Shown here: piece after piece, positions 1 to 15,300 of the stretch
Layout: each line of letters opens with the position of its first letter
Position numbering within the stretch: the stretch's first letter is position 1
Assembly: GCA_002633005.1 (NCBI GenBank)
Contig: NMRA01000616.1
Coordinates: 182,941-246,940 of the forward strand
DNA length: 64,000 bases
Direction: 5' to 3'
Source: Phoronis australis
Taxonomy: Eukaryota; Animalia; Phoronida
Program-made: the position numbers and the translations under genes
The notes under the pieces: model-generated
Told to the model about the DNA's origin: nothing
Database searches by the model: none
The model's input: only the letters and a program-made list of their open reading frames with translations

Positions 1-135
1 TCAACAGCACTTGCATATCAAAGAAAATTGCTGCAAATATACACAAGTACGTTGTAGTTATACAGTAATTGTTCAATCACCTGTTTGCCTCTGTATTCAC
101 CACTTGAGACTTTGATTATGCACTTCCTGTTGCAG

Positions 136-325
136 ATGTCTACAACGAATTACAACCAGTTTGAGAATAGTGAAGTAAGCTATACATGTAGCAATTCCAA
201 GGCCTGCAGCAACCGCACAACTCTTGAAAAGGTGTTGATATTTTGCGTGGTCATAGGACTCGCTACCATAACTGTTTTGGCGGTTTTTGTTAGGCATGGT
301 GGCGCTAAACAGTCCCATCAGGGTG
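136..325 (+). CDS. Copy A exon 1: cytoplasmic tail plus type II signal-anchor helix
   Basis: ttgcag|ATG; hydrophobic [20 protein letters not shown]; phase-1 donor G|gtgagt at 326. Confidence 0.75.
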
Positions 326-3300
326 GTGAGTATTAAATATGTTGATAATTTCGCGTCGTGTTACTATACGAAGTGGGTCGCTGCATCTTACCTAAAAGAA
401 ACATTTCAAAAAGGATGAAGCTATATTCGAAGTTTGTGGAGTAGTTCCTGGTCACAGAATAATTGATAACTTCAGGTGGTTTCTAAAATCGTCGGGTAAA
501 ATTACTAGCTTCAACTCACCTAATTATAAAAACTGTATAATTTTGAAATAACAAAGCGTACTTTTGGATGTTAGTTCGCCGGAGTAACTCTTCGTGTGCC
601 TCTCAACTACTTTAAGCATGAGCGTAATCCAGTTTCAGTGTTGACATCCCTATATTAGCCATCCGTGCTCACAACCGAGACTGCGGGCGCCGGTGACAGC
701 ATAGACTATAGTACATGTTGTCTATAATCTATGGTGACAGTCAGTTCATGTCTACTTCGATGCAAGCGTGGACTTTTTCGTCAAGCACGTTACTCTGTGC
801 GTCTAAGTTGTGACAAATGTTGTTTGTTAGCACGCTAGCCCCTTGTCTTTAAGTTTCTTGAGAAACTATTTCTCTAATCGGGCTCAGTATGTTCAAATTA
901 ACAACACAAATCTAACACAGTTCCAATTCTACGAGGTGTCCCACAGGGGTCTATATTGGGTCCGTTATTATTCATCATTTATATGAATGATTTTGTGAAG
1001 TGCACAAGTTTCTTTGACTGCATACTCTATGCTGATGATACTACTATTATTAATGGTATTCATAGCACGTTGTCTGTTAATGAGTCACGCATATTTTGTG
1101 CGGAGCTGGAGAAAATTCAGTCTTGGTTAAACGTAAATGGACTGGTTTTAAACGCAACTAAAACAAAATTCATGGTTTTTCATAAACCCCCAAAACGTAT
1201 TGATGATTTTTATTTAAAGTTTAATAATTTGGAAATTGAAAGAGTTCGCTCTTTCAATTTACTTGGTGTTACCATCAACGAAAACTTGTTATGGAGTCCA
1301 CACATGAACAATTTGTTGAGAAAGATAAGCAGATTCTGTGGTGTTCTTAATAACCTAAAACATTTCTTGCCCTTTGAAACTTTGAAAACTATATATAATG
1401 GCCTTGTCCTTCCTCATTTTAATTATGGCATTCTGCTATGGGGGTGTGAACATCATAGAATATTTAAATTACAGAAAAAGGTTATTCGCAATATTACCTC
1501 TAGTCATTTTAATGCCCATACAGATCCTTTATTTAAGACTACACAGTTACTCAAAATAAAGGACTTGTATGTTGTTGCTATCATTAAATTTTTCTACAAA
1601 TATGTTCATACTTACTTACCTTCATTTTTAACACGTTCAATTTAATAACTCGTGGGTCTGTTCATGAACATTACACTAGGCAACGACATCTTTTACATAC
1701 TCCCCGTTGTACTAAATCATTTGTTGAAGATTCAGTTCGAAATGCCCTACCTCATACATATGTATCATTAATAACCTTCCTGAAAGTGTCTCCCAAAAAC
1801 TTTTTACCCATTCGTTATCCTCTGTTATAAATTATTTTAAGAATGTTTGTTTTGAAAATTATGAACTTGAGTGCACTATTCCCAACTGCTTTGTATGTAA
1901 CTATTTTCGATAATCTCTCCCAGTCTTTACACAAGTAGTTTTAAAGTACATCATCACCTAATTTTTGTAGTTCTGCTTATCTGTAACGCTGTATTTGTTC
2001 TTTCTTATTCTCTGGTGGCTCTGTGGTCAGCGGACCTCTCGGATCCTTCACGGAGTCTCCATAAGCGTAAATCTGTATCAACTGTATTTTTTTTTGGTTT
2101 TTGACTTAAAGTGAATAAAGTGTATTACTACTACTACGCATTTCCCGTTTGATTCACATGAAATTTACAAAGGTTTCCATCATTTTAGTATCTCAAAGGA
2201 TATTGTTTTTCCCTCATGATCAAATCAGCTGACGTAGCTGCCATTTTGTTTTAAAAATTACACTTGAAAGCTTCTAGCACCCGCGATTTATATTGCTTTC
2301 AAAACATGCAATAATATGTAACCGTGTGTGAGTTTTCGTTATGCAAAATCCCAATGGCATCCGCTAAAATATGGCAGGTACAGCGGCCTCTTTGTTGAGA
2401 CACCCTGATTTTTGCTGAAAATTTTTCTTCAGCAAAGGTCGCAATATGGAGGAAGGATTCTGTATTTCTTAAAAGATACATGAAATCTTAACCTAAGAGC
2501 GCCCACTGACGTTCCCAAGAGATCGAAGTTTACTCGCGTAAGTTGCAATGCCTCGCATTACTGTTGCAAAAATTTCTCATTTACGGACAAGTGTTACGTT
2601 TTTTCCCGTGTGTGGGTGGGTGCAGGTGGTTACCGACCGGTGCCAATAGCTTTCGGTGAGAAGATAGACTGAAGACTGGTTCGAATTAATCACTTTATTA
2701 ATCTCAACCCGTACGTTCACAGGCCTACACGAACAAAACGTCCGACGTAATACCTGTTTTCTGCTCCATCCAGTGCTGCAACGCCTTGACTTGTGATGAA
2801 CTTTTGAAACACTTTCACCACATCTTACACTCGTTCATTCCATAACCTGTTGTCTCTACAGCTGGCTCCCTATTGACTATCGCTGTAACTACTGAATCTC
2901 TTCACCGCAACTCTCTCCAATTCAAGCACATTCTATAACTTTGCGGAATCTACCCAATCATTCTACAATTGAAACATATAATATACTCTAGAATGTTCCA
3001 GATTACATTAATCGCTTACATGCTATAATTTTCTAGAATGTTCCACACTATTCTTTGGTTAACAAATTGCATCATCGCTGTCTTGACCTCAGGTGTCATG
3101 CCAATCAACAACTATCTGCTAGAACACAAAAAGAACAATAGAAAAGAGCAAGAACAGTACCAATTCACTCCTGACAACACAACCCTACCGTAGAGAAAAT
3201 TACTCTTTTAGTTTTCTAACTCATAATCATCTGGCGCAGATGTATAATCTTCTGCTTCTGTGTCCTTCTATCAGATTCTCCCTGACTTGGCTCTGCTAGT

Positions 3301-6300
3301 CGACTTTAGTAGTCTGCACCCACATTAGATTTTCTCGGGATATCTTCCAAATGAAATTTATAGTTCTGCAGCACTATTGCCCATCGCATAACTCTGGCTT
3401 TCAATCTTACGACGTTGAATGTATACCGATGGCTTTGGTCTGTCTGCGCCGCGTCGCGTAGAGATAAAACTGGAAGCGTTTAACGGCGAACGCCATCACC
3501 AAATACTGTTCTGTGAAGTAATGCAGCTGGCTCTCTTCAAGCTGCCGGCTGGTGTACACAATAGGGAATGTCTCATTATCAAACTCCTTCCGTAAGAGTG
3601 CCCCTAAAACATCGTTTGATGCATCCGTCCTAACAATGAATATCTGGGTGAAATCTGCTTATCAGAAGAAGCACCTTCCCTCTGTGAGGTCATTTTTTTG
3701 TAGTCGACTGTCTAACTAACATGTCTCTCAACTCGGTAAGGTCTTTATCACAGACGGACATGTCGATCCACCTGTCTAGGTAGCGCTGTACGGGGTCATA
3801 AACTGGTAAGCTCTCTCCCCTCTTATCCCTCGATTCCCGAAACTGCCTGCAAACCCCCCTCCTCCGTCAGTTCAAACCGCTTCAGCAAGGCTCTTTTGAG
3901 TGTGGCATAGTCCAGTGCATCAGCCATCGGGATGCTGGTGTAAAACTTCAGACCCTTGCTTGTCAACCGGGCATTGAGACTAATTGCATATTTACTCTGT
4001 GTCGAACCCTGGCTCTCTAGGTATCTTTCAAACCTTTCCGAAAAGTTGTCCATATCTTCTTGTTTTCGTCAAACGTGGGCATCTTCGGCGTTATGTCACA
4101 AGTTATCCTAACAGGGTTACCCTCAGCTGCAACCTGTTCAGCTTTCGGTGCTGCACGTGCTCTCTCGTGTTCCATTTTTTCTCTCTCATCTGCTGTTCGG
4201 CTTTGCGGGCTTGCATCCTCTCCTCGGCCTCAGCCTCTCGAGCTTGCGTTCTCTCTTCAGCCTCACGAGATCGCATTCTCTCCTCAGCCTAAGTCTCTCG
4301 CGCTTGCCTTCTCTCCTCGGTCTAGCTTCTTGCGCTTAGTCTAAACAGGAGCCTCAGCTTGTTGTTTCTCTACAAAATGTCTAAGGTTGTCTCCCTGCAG
4401 ACCCATTTTTGTCCGAGGGCCATCAACTCCCTTAGTTGAGATCTTGTCTCCATAGTGAGTCGCTAACTGCAACAGTCCTCTTTATCACACCTTGTTACCA
4501 TCAGTAAACTCCTGGCGTGCTCGCCAATTGTCACGTTTTCACCATGCGTGGGTGGGTGCAAGTGGTTACCGCCCGGTGCTAATAGCTTTCGGTGCGACGA
4601 TAGACTGAAGGCAGCATGATTCAAGTAATCGCTTTATTAATCTCGACTACTTTCACAACCCTACTCAAACAAAGTAACCGATTAATGTTTGTTCTATGCT
4701 TCAGTCAGTGCTACGAAGACGTGACTTGTGATGAGCTTTTGAAACACTCTCAACACCTTTTTACACTTGTTGATTCAGTAACCTGCTGTCTCAAAAGCTG
4801 GCTATCTATTGACTATCGCTGTAACTATTGATTCATTCTCTTCACCGCAACTTTCTTGTAACTAAGTTTCAATAGTCATAAACCTGTGCTTGGGTATTTA
4901 TATTCTCATGCAATGACCTTGAACTTTTTACCTGTTCAAGCACATTCTAGAACTTTCCGGAATCTACCTAATCATTATACAAACATATACTCGGCTCTAG
5001 AATGTTCCAGACTGAATTAATCACTCACTAGAATGTTCCACAGTATTCTTTGGTAATCAAATTACATCATCGCTGTCCTGACCTCAGGGGTCATGCCAAT
5101 CAATAAACTATCTGCTAGAACACACACATAGAACAGCAGAAAAAAATACTTAAACTAAGAACAGTGCCAGTTTACTCCTGACAACAAGTTAAAACATTTT
5201 CTGGAGAATATTCGCAAAGCCGTTGCAACTGCCTTAAACTGATTCGAATAATCCGTCACAGTTTATTTATGGGAGATGTTGGCGAAATGTGAAACTAAAT
5301 GATAACGCAACTAAATTGAAAATAAAAGATTCGCTATTTTGCTACTCAAGATAACCCGCAAATGTCGTTTGACGGCCGTGCGACGTTTACCTTACATAGA
5401 TCAGTCCCGCGATTCTGCGTAAGATGACTCATTGATTCTCAAATAATTTCGCCACTATGTTGCTCAAGCTTTTTGGTAAAACTTGGTTCAAAATGTGATG
5501 GACATATGTATGTCACTCACACCGACTGACAAAATGGAGGAACTAGCGTGAAAAATTTCCCGATCACAATATTGAAAGGAATTCAAAACGTGCGACGACT
5601 GAAGTAGTGACGAGCCACGATTTTGGTTGATTTTCACGATCATTAAAAGTTGGAAGTCTAATAATAGAAACGTTGTGTCAATTGAGTTGAATGTACCAAC
5701 ACGCACATATAACCATTTACGATGTTATCGAAAATCTGATAAGAAGGTTTTTCCCAAGGGGGCCCCTGTGTACTGCTTGGCGTGACTCTGCATGTGCTGA
5801 TTTTTAATCAGCAAAATCAAAGCTGATGCGAACATATGAAGTGCATGTATGGCTAATCTGATAAAATTGCCACGAAGCATCTCAGTCAAAATGTATGTCG
5901 CAAACGGCGAACTCGAGGTTGTCGACTATTCGTCAAGATGGGCACCGACTGTGACTCATGTCATGACGAGAAACTTCACACACCGGTCAATACGCAAATT
6001 TACCATTTACATGTACAATGGGAACACACGGCTGACAAACTTTCAAACTGTAAAATAAATTCAAAATATTTTTTTAAAAACTTAGAGTCGATTTCGAGCA
6101 GTTGACAGATTGTTTTCTTGAAATTTAAAACTAACAGAAAAATGCGCTGACATCAACAGAAACTCCAAATATTTACAAACAAACTGTAAAAATAAATATA
6201 CCTACAGAGGTGGTTGAATTCTGTTTCAGTGGCAGAGAACCGTCCTGAAAAGTGCAATTTAGTCTGTATTTTGCGTTCCAGGCCCATTTAAGTCGCTAAA

Positions 6301-9300
6301 ATTATCAATAATTTTTATGAATTTAAATTTGATTATTGACTTCCTACTACTCTGCCTTTGATTGGATCACGTGACCACGTATTTAGGTGTGTACTACTAC
6401 GTGCCTTTTGTTGCATATGTGTAAATAGTTTCAGGCACTAGTTCCTGTACCCTCATATTTAATGTTTCCTAAACCTCTCTACTATCGTTACTATCTTTAC
6501 AGGGTCAGGGAATACACATGTACCTACCTTGCATGAGAAACATTGCACAACTTCTTCCTGAAGGCCCGTAGTCAGGGGGGTTTGGGGGGGTTCGGTGCAA
6601 CCCACCCCGCGGAAAAGTCCAGCCCCAGCATATCCGTCAAAGATATTTTTATATAAGGATATAGATGGGAAAAGACAACAAAATTGTTACAGCTACTAGT
6701 ACTAGTAACTACAATGATAACTAAGTTAGTAATAATTACGAAATTGCTTATGATTCAAAACGCTTCACGTGGCATTGGGCCGTACCCGGCCAACTTTGCC
6801 CGAGTGGTGTTCGTATAGACGACAGGATATCGTCAGACGATAAGAAGAGGCTTGATCAGCATAGAACGAGCGTGGTAGCAACGCCAAAGAGTAAAACCGG
6901 AATCTGAAAGTGATTGTCTATACCTACTATAGGCATAGATGTCTAGCCCAATGACCTAAATATACTATATAGCAACGAGAGGGCTTCCAAAAAGTAGTGC
7001 AACGTGAATGCCTTGAAGAGGCATAGAACATGAAACTCGTGAAAAAATGTCTTATATACAATTCCTGACGAAAGTACCATCTTGCAACCTTTAGTACAGA
7101 ATAATTCACTTTCCCCTGTGATGAAATTTCCAGCGAAAATCACAAAATTCACGACTTTTGAAATACGCAGGAAGGAAAACTCTGTGGTTACCACAGAGTA
7201 TCTAATCTCACTCCCACTTATGATAAATGTGTGCATGCGCTCACAGTCAGTTGCTTTTAGTGGCTTGAGGCAGAAGGTCACATTTGTCTGTATATGTCTT
7301 GCCATACCAAATAAGGAGACTTGATTTGTTTTGTGGGAGAAAAATCGAGGAAGTGGCGAGCAGTTGGCAGGTCGTTTTTTGAATTTTCAAACTGAAAGAA
7401 AATGTTTTGATATTAACAGAACTTAAAAATCTTTACGAACAAACTCTAAAAATACCTGGTGAGCTGGTTGGATTCTGTTCCAGTGGCAGAGAACCGTTTT
7501 CAATATGGCAATTTAGTCTGTTCATCACGTTCCAGCCCTCTTTAAAATCGTCCAAGGAACAAAACAGCGGAAAATTGAGATTGGTTATTCTGCTACTTTG
7601 GTTCAATTTCTAGCAAAGTATGGTGAAGTGCAGGCATTTTCAAATTATGAATTGAAAGTGATTGTCATATATGCAGTTTATGTTGTTCATCCAGTGTCCA
7701 CTCTGATTGTGGATTGGTGGATTGACATGCATGCGTGTACACGTGTGAGCGTTTCCGTTCTTTTAAATTCACCACGGTGTACACGTTGACTGTAAGTTCA
7801 CTATAGGCAGTTCTCTGTCGTGCTAAAAAACAGGCATTCAGTTACCGTGTTTTCTTGCGCTGAGAAAACCCCGTCAAGCATTTTCACTTTATTAGGGAAA
7901 AGAAGGCCTAGAACTCAGCCCCGCAGACTTCATACGAGCAACAAACTTGAAGGAAAAGATTTCCAAGGTTACATGTCACTACATGTATACCGAAACTTCA
8001 CATCTCTGAAGGCTCACTGTGTCTCTGAAGATTCGCTACTTTCGAAAATTTACTACTTCGAATTTCAAAATCCAGTACTCCGACAGTTCATTACCCTGAT
8101 TGTTTGCTCACAACTCATTCTCAAGCTTGGCGGGACAACATCTGGGGCCTGGGTCCATGGGCGGTTGGGGGTGGGGGTATATACCTCCCTACTTATTTCG
8201 GCGCTGCGATGCCCATGGGCATGGGTGGCGCTCACCATTATAAGGGGTTGGGGGCTATAGCCCCCACTTATTTCATTGCTGCGCCTCCCATGGGGTCAGA
8301 GCTGCGGCGACCAACGACAGTTTCAAATTTAAGAAGACTGAATGGGACTCCTTGAATGGCAGGGACAGAGCGGCCTACTAACTACAATTAAATTCGACCG
8401 GCTGAGCGCGAGGCTCCTTGGGTGAGTTTAAGATGCAGCGGCCCTAAACTTTTAAGTCCCGCAGCAATGCGATCTTGACATGGATTTGATGAACGTATCG
8501 TGGTTGATAATCCATTAATTCAATATTATTATTTCATATTCTTTTAGAAATGCAAATGCATGCTCATTTTTTCGTGTCAAGACATGTGTGCAATTTCGCA
8601 TGCACACTGAAAATAAATCTAGACAGGGACCACCAACTCTAGTTGGACTGGCCTGCTAGACGGTGGTCACTGTCTATATGAAATCCAAACAAAATGTTTT
8701 AGTACCCGGGCGTGGTTTCAAATTTAGGTGCATCTAACAACCGGAGTATCGTTTACTTTTGCATGTAAAAGTATAAAACATACACCTGCGTCTGAAAGTT
8801 TAGAAATTTTCGGAGCAATGAACCATTGGAATAGTGAACCTTCGAAATAGCGGCCTGTTCCCATTTCCAGCGATGTAAGAAACTTTAGTAATGCGCAAAA
8901 ACAAGTCATTCTCCGACTAAAGCTCATAGTTCCATCCTAGAATGACATGTGGAGAAATCAATCATGTAAGCATTCCTGATTTGAAATTTTGGCAGGAGAT
9001 TCTCTTGTTGGACCACGTTACATTCAAATCTGTGTCCCTTTCCTTGCGAGCAACCGCTACAGCATCCTCACAAGTTGTAATACATCTCAGAAGCATGGAG
9101 AGTCAATGTCGTGTATACAGATTTCTCTTCCCTTAGTTAAGCTGCATCAAAGGCCTCACTAAAAACTCTATAGTGTCGACGTTTGCAAAACATTAAAGGT
9201 CCACCGTTCTAGAAATTCGAACCACGCCCGTTCAGTGTTGGCTACTGGCCTGGCCTGTACGTCAGTAGCTGGCTCATTTCTGTCAACATTATCGTCACTA

Positions 9301-12300
9301 TATTTACATGTTCAAGCACCTAGCACGGGAGATGCAGGGGCAGGGAATACTCATGTACATATACCTGACTCGGCTGAGAAATACTGCACATCTCCTGCAT
9401 GTACCTCAGTTGCTGGCTCCGTTTTGGACGCCATGGATCCCACAGTAAACCCGTGCGACGACTTCTATCAGTACGCATGCGGAGGCTGGATCAAATCACA
9501 TCCTATACCACCAGGACGGTCCCGTTGGGATTCGTTTGACGCCCTTCTGGAAAGAAATCATCTGGTTATAAAGAAGGCTCTAGGTGAGAGGTTGCATTTG
9601 TCTTAGTAAGCAAGGACTCGCCGTAATTTTTTGATGGATACATTTCCACTGTAGTTTGTCGCCGTGTCAACTTAATTATACCAGTTCCACTGTCATTAAT
9701 TTTTGGTTTTTATGTTGTCATGTAATCTAGTAAGCCAGAATATACTAGAGATGAATGGTTAAACTCATATAACGTTTAATAATAAGTTCACACATGAGCT
9801 AATCTAACAACAAAACTATCGGTTCTTTTAAGTGTGCTGTACAAATCACATGTCTTAAGGAAATACCACCGAGGTATTGTGTGCAAGTGATCACTGGAAG
9901 AATTTTGGTATTAGGCGCCAGAAATGAATTTTAATGTTTGTTTTGCTTTAAAGTTCGCACGCCACCGAAAAGCAGTTCTCTCGCCAAATGTTTTCGTTTT
10001 CTGGGCGGTGGGAAATCTCGCATGATACAACACAAATTAAGTTCTCATTCTTTGGCTTTCCACAACCACTTTGAGGTGGTGATACAGTGACGTCATTTAT
10101 AAATTTGTTGATCTACTAAAAGAAATCTGTAAACCTATATACGGTGAACCCGTGTCTTGGCTGGTCATCTTTTCCGTATCGCAGTGGCCACACAGAAGGA
10201 GTCCAACAGCCGGATATCCTTTAAGGAATATTTTTGAATACAGAAATTACGGATTTTTGAATGAATTAAGCTGTTTACTCGTCTTACTGAGTTTTGAACT
10301 TACAGAAAATGAGAAATGAATATTACACAAATGTATCCACGTGCCTTTACTGAACAAACTGTTGTCGGTGATCTCTAGACTGTCAGTCATTTTTGCTTTC
10401 ACGCGAGAAGTCGTAATATTTCAATTGACTCATGGGTCGCATCGCTTGAAAATGACGAGGCTGGGCAGTCAATTTCCCGGTTTTTGCGACCATTTGTAAA
10501 AGCTTAATTCAAGACATGGCACAAGCGAGTGTAAGTAGATTGTAAAGCTTATTTGTGCACTCCATGAGTGGAACTCTGTCGGATTGTTTGTTTTGAACCC
10601 TATTTGTTGCTTGTCAGTTGTAGACCAGTTCATAGTCTGAGAAACGGCAAAAGAAGGTATAATTCTGTCTACACAGAAGGGCGAGCATTGTGACTCCAGT
10701 GGTCACAGTGCGAAACCGACAGACGAAAGAACCATATTTCAAGTCGGAGTTTGGCAATGAAAATTTTGAAAATTCCGAAAAGGGTTCTCATCATTGAACA
10801 CCAAGAGTGTACCAGAAAACCGGGCTACATCGCTTAAGAACACCATCACACCGGCATAATACGAGAGATGACGGACTGATATTTCGAGACAGTGTAACTT
10901 AAATATAAAGATTAGTTCAGGCTATTAGAAAGAAGGTTTCATTCCCAGAATAAGAAACTAATATTGCTGCATTTTCCAGGAAAGCCGTACGACACCTTTA
11001 AGAGTGAAGCAGAAAAGAAAGCTAAGAAACTGTACACTTCGTGTATGGATGAAAGTGGAAAAGCGCAAAAACGCGGAACCCAGTCCATGCTGGATTTAAT
11101 CCGGTGAGTGACACACACTGTGGCTTCAGCCAATGACTTGATTGTCACAACTCGAGTTCGTGTTTTCCCAAATTCACTGTAGGACTTGTCTCTGGTTTTA
11201 ATCATCTGCTAACACGTGAGATGACCTGGTGACATGAACAATGCGACTGGAAATATCATTCTGTGCGTCAGAATTGAAAGCGCGCCTCCACTAAACAATT
11301 TGGTGCGGTTAAAACACCACAACTAGCTTACAAAAACAAAAGGCCGAATATGTCAAAACGCAGATTTATAAGTACACTGAGCAAAGATTTTAGAGGCATG
11401 CGCCACCAGATCAGAGTTGAGGTGCCACACATTCCTTGGTGCTGGTCATATCTAGGGCTGTTGAATCATAGACAGGAAATTGGACTGAAAATTCCCCTCT
11501 GATCGTATTAGAAGCAAACCTATACTCTTACCTTGACAACACCGAAAATACACCATCGGCCCAACCAAGGACTGACTGGATTTATAACCGTTGGGAAACT
11601 CACCTGACGGGAATCGAGGTCTGGACGGAGGCCGTTGTCGATTTATGCGAATAAGCGTCCAAAAACATAATTCTTCACAAAGTCAAAAATGAGAAAAGGT
11701 ACAAAAAATAACAACTACTACTCGAAAATAAAATAAAACAATGCGGCCTAATGATAAAATATGACCCCTTGTCTTGATATCCATGAATGGTGCATTTTTA
11801 TGTTCTTTGTAGGAAACTAATGCATTATTTCGTATAAACCCATTACGACATGCTTTTACGTTTGGTCGAAATTTTGTCCTACATTAGCAAAGTCTGTTCG
11901 CAAAGTGAAAAACGTTTTTAAATAAAATAGGACCGTGGTAATGTATTCATAGCATGTCAGTCATCATATTGTTTTAGAACTGAGTGATCTCCTACTCCGT
12001 TCGCTTTTTGTTCAACCCACGCAGACAGTGATTTGGGCAAAGAAAACAAGGGTGCCCACCGTGCTACGCTGAAATTGTCAATGTTCTTTTTTCACCAAAA
12101 AGCGACTGACCAAAAGCCCACTAAGCGTCAATATTTAGTCACAAATTCAGTTTCGTGGAGCATTTATCGTCTGTAAGAACAAAAGTGCTGGAGAACTATG
12201 CATTTATTAACATAAAATTTAAAAACTAGTTTTAAGTAAAAAATGTGAAAGTCACGAGGAAACCCATGACTTTCCATTTGCACGCCCCCTTTACCGAATA

Positions 12301-15300
12301 AACGCCCAGGCGTTTATTTGGAGTTGTTTAATCGACTGAAATTTTCCGAACACACGCCCATGGGCTTATCTACAGAAATTGTCGGTACTAGTCTTCTATA
12401 CTCAAAACAACTTCAAAGAACTACTAAATATCATTTTTGACAATCACTCTCAATTTAGTCTACGTCATTGCTATCGAACCTAGCCCACCCAATTTTTATT
12501 TTGTGAAGGTACAAAGGAATAAACCCTGGCTTTTGTCCAAAAATTAGGCTTCGTATGCGTTAATAGTCTGCTTCGCGAAATTCTGTCTACAACTCCAAAT
12601 CAGACGACAGATATCCGTCGTCTGCTGAAATGGACCAAAGACAAAACTTTTCGGGAAACGCAAAAGACAAAAAAATCAACTGTTGGCTATTCATAGTCAA
12701 ATTCATGGCGTCCGGCTGGAGTCAAAAGACAAAAGCCATGTGGCTTTTCGAAAAACAGACTCCTGGTGTCACCAGATGTTTCCAAGCCCCACAATGCATT
12801 TGAAAAACGAGTGCAGCGCCATAGGTGAAATCCCCAGAATTAAGTTATCTTCTTTTGCGGGGCTGGAAACGTGACACATGTTTACGGTATTTTGGGATAT
12901 GGGTAAAAGCGCTTGGGTCGGTGAAGTTCGCTATTACCTTTTGTAAATCCGTTTCACGATTGCTGTTTTTATGCAAGGTTGACATGTTGTTAAGCCGGAA
13001 AATGTTCTGTTTACTTCATTTAGTCCATCTAATGGTTGTGGAGTTTTCGAGGTAAAATTTGATCGGATCTCGGCCCTTCGATCCACGTGTCTGAGTTTGG
13101 TATTTCTATCTATCATTTGCTTTTAAATAATGTATCATATTGAGCACTATAGTCAATTTGTTGAACTTCCAAGCCTTCATTGGAGGTCTTCCTGTGAATC
13201 TTTGAGTAATTTTGCTTTTAGATCTCTTGGCGGATGGAACATAAACTCGTATTCTGGCAAATGGAATACTTCGACGTTTGACCTCAACTTACTTTTGCAC
13301 CAAGTGACGCGATACTCAATATTTCCATTTTTCGGTTTGACGATTTTCCAAGAATCGACAACAAACGAAATTGGGGTAAGGTTTTGTTCTTACGTCTACG
13401 CCCCTTTTGGTACATGATTTTCCTGATGATCAGTCATGACAGTCGGTTTTACAATACTTTAGCAGTCTTAGAAATTCGTACATACAGTAACCAAATCAAA
13501 ACCCGATTTTTTGCGAATCTGGCAAGTTTGACCCCAGGTCTTGCCGTAAAGATAGTAATTTATATGTCGTGCAATTTTCAGGTAAGGCCGGCAACTTTCA
13601 AGTTGAGAAAGAGCTGGTACACCACAAGTGAAACTATCGAAGAAAATGAGGTAAATCAATTTGTATCATGTTCTCAAGTCCACTTCTCTGGTAACAATTG
13701 ACAACCTTTGTTTAAATTTAATACAAAAAAATAAATGTGTCACTCTTGGTCATTCGCAAGACTGGTTACCTTCAGGAAAGTGCATCTTTCTAAACCAGTC
13801 GCTCAAATCGCTCATCGGTCGTTTGATTCAATTCCAGCACCTTCGTTCACTCCTGAATTATATGACCAGAATCGGTGAACTTCTTGGAGCACCGCCATCA
13901 AGAAACAATGAGCAATTCTTGAAACTTATAGAATTTGAAATGAAGCTGGCTAAAGTAAGTACCTGTTTGATAATGATTCCATTTAAAAACCCTGCCACAA
14001 CAAATTTGTTATCAGAAAGTCCGACACCGTCTTGATATCTTGGTGAAAGCGAGTGAGGACGGGTAGCATGGGAAATTTTAGCCAAAACAAGACACGAACC
14101 GGACGATGCTTTTACTCAGATAGTGCAGCGCGTAGGTGGTCCTGAGTCATTTACTCCTGTTTTCCAAATTCTATTGAAATCTACATCGGTATGACGTGGC
14201 CCTATGTTGGCTCCCACTCGTGTTCGTACTTAGAAGTACCTTGGCCTTGTCGTCCAAAACACCTCTGGTGGTTTTGTTGCCTCAAATTCGTTTGCAACTA
14301 TTTGGGTATGTTCATAGCCTCAAATATCACTTTGGGGGTGTTTCACATCTCCCAATGTTCAAAGACTGTTGCCACAAGGATTGCACAATGCAGTCTGTGG
14401 CATTCTTCATAACTTGATGTTAAAATTTAAGTTCACTGATATAAAACACCTCTGATGGCATTCGTGACATTTCGAGTACTTTTGTACTCTCAAATTATAA
14501 GTCGGAAGTGCTTCATGTCTGCGAAATAATGAGCCAACAGCAAATATTGTGTCTACCAAAACAAAGAATGCCGTCGAAAGCGGATTTCCCCGTGAAGCCA
14601 TGCTTAAACAAGCCAGAGTGAACAGTGCTTCAGGAGGCAGACTTGAAAGTGACCGTCACCCACAACGTGTGAGACCTGCAAGGGTGAAGCCAAGATTTTT
14701 ACCGTGTCTCTTTGCACATTCGCAGACATAAAACATCACTCAAAGGTATCTTGAGGGTACGAAAATTCCCGAGATGCCCCAAATACCCTCGCACGTGCTT
14801 CGTATTTGTACAAATGCAAGCTTCAGTTAGAACAGAAACTCATGCGATTGGCAAAATGGAACATGGCGTTGAATGTCTGTTGCAATATTTATGTAATAAC
14901 AAACCACGTTATGAGTATGACGTCTCGCACGTCTTTTGTGACGAGGTAATATCCATGATTTTTAATGTCTGTTGACGAAATTCCTTTACTGTTACAATTC
15001 CGTGATATAATTTGCAGGCTTCGAATAAAAATGAGGTGTTACGGAAGCCTTGATGTGACTGGCACCACACGGCGGAAAACGAAACTCTAGTGGGGTTCTT
15101 CATCTATGAACAACCCCTCGGTACTAAAATTTCTGCGTGACTTGTACCTTGCCGTTACCAGATCCACATCTAATAAAATACCACCCAGCGTTCTATCTCC
15201 AACTTCAAACTTAAATTTTTCAAAAGCAGAAATGGCCGACCAATTCCAAGTTGATCCTCTGAACAACTTGTATCGTGATATACCAAATCACAGATTAGTG

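Noticed and set aside
3984-4344. Ser/Ala/Leu-rich plus-strand ORFs
   Set aside because: They are antisense to the E/R/A-rich coiled-coil part of the gag relic.
4508-4526. tRNA-like 3' end sequence
   Set aside because: Only ~19 nt adjacent to an LTR; it is a primer-binding site, not a tRNA gene.
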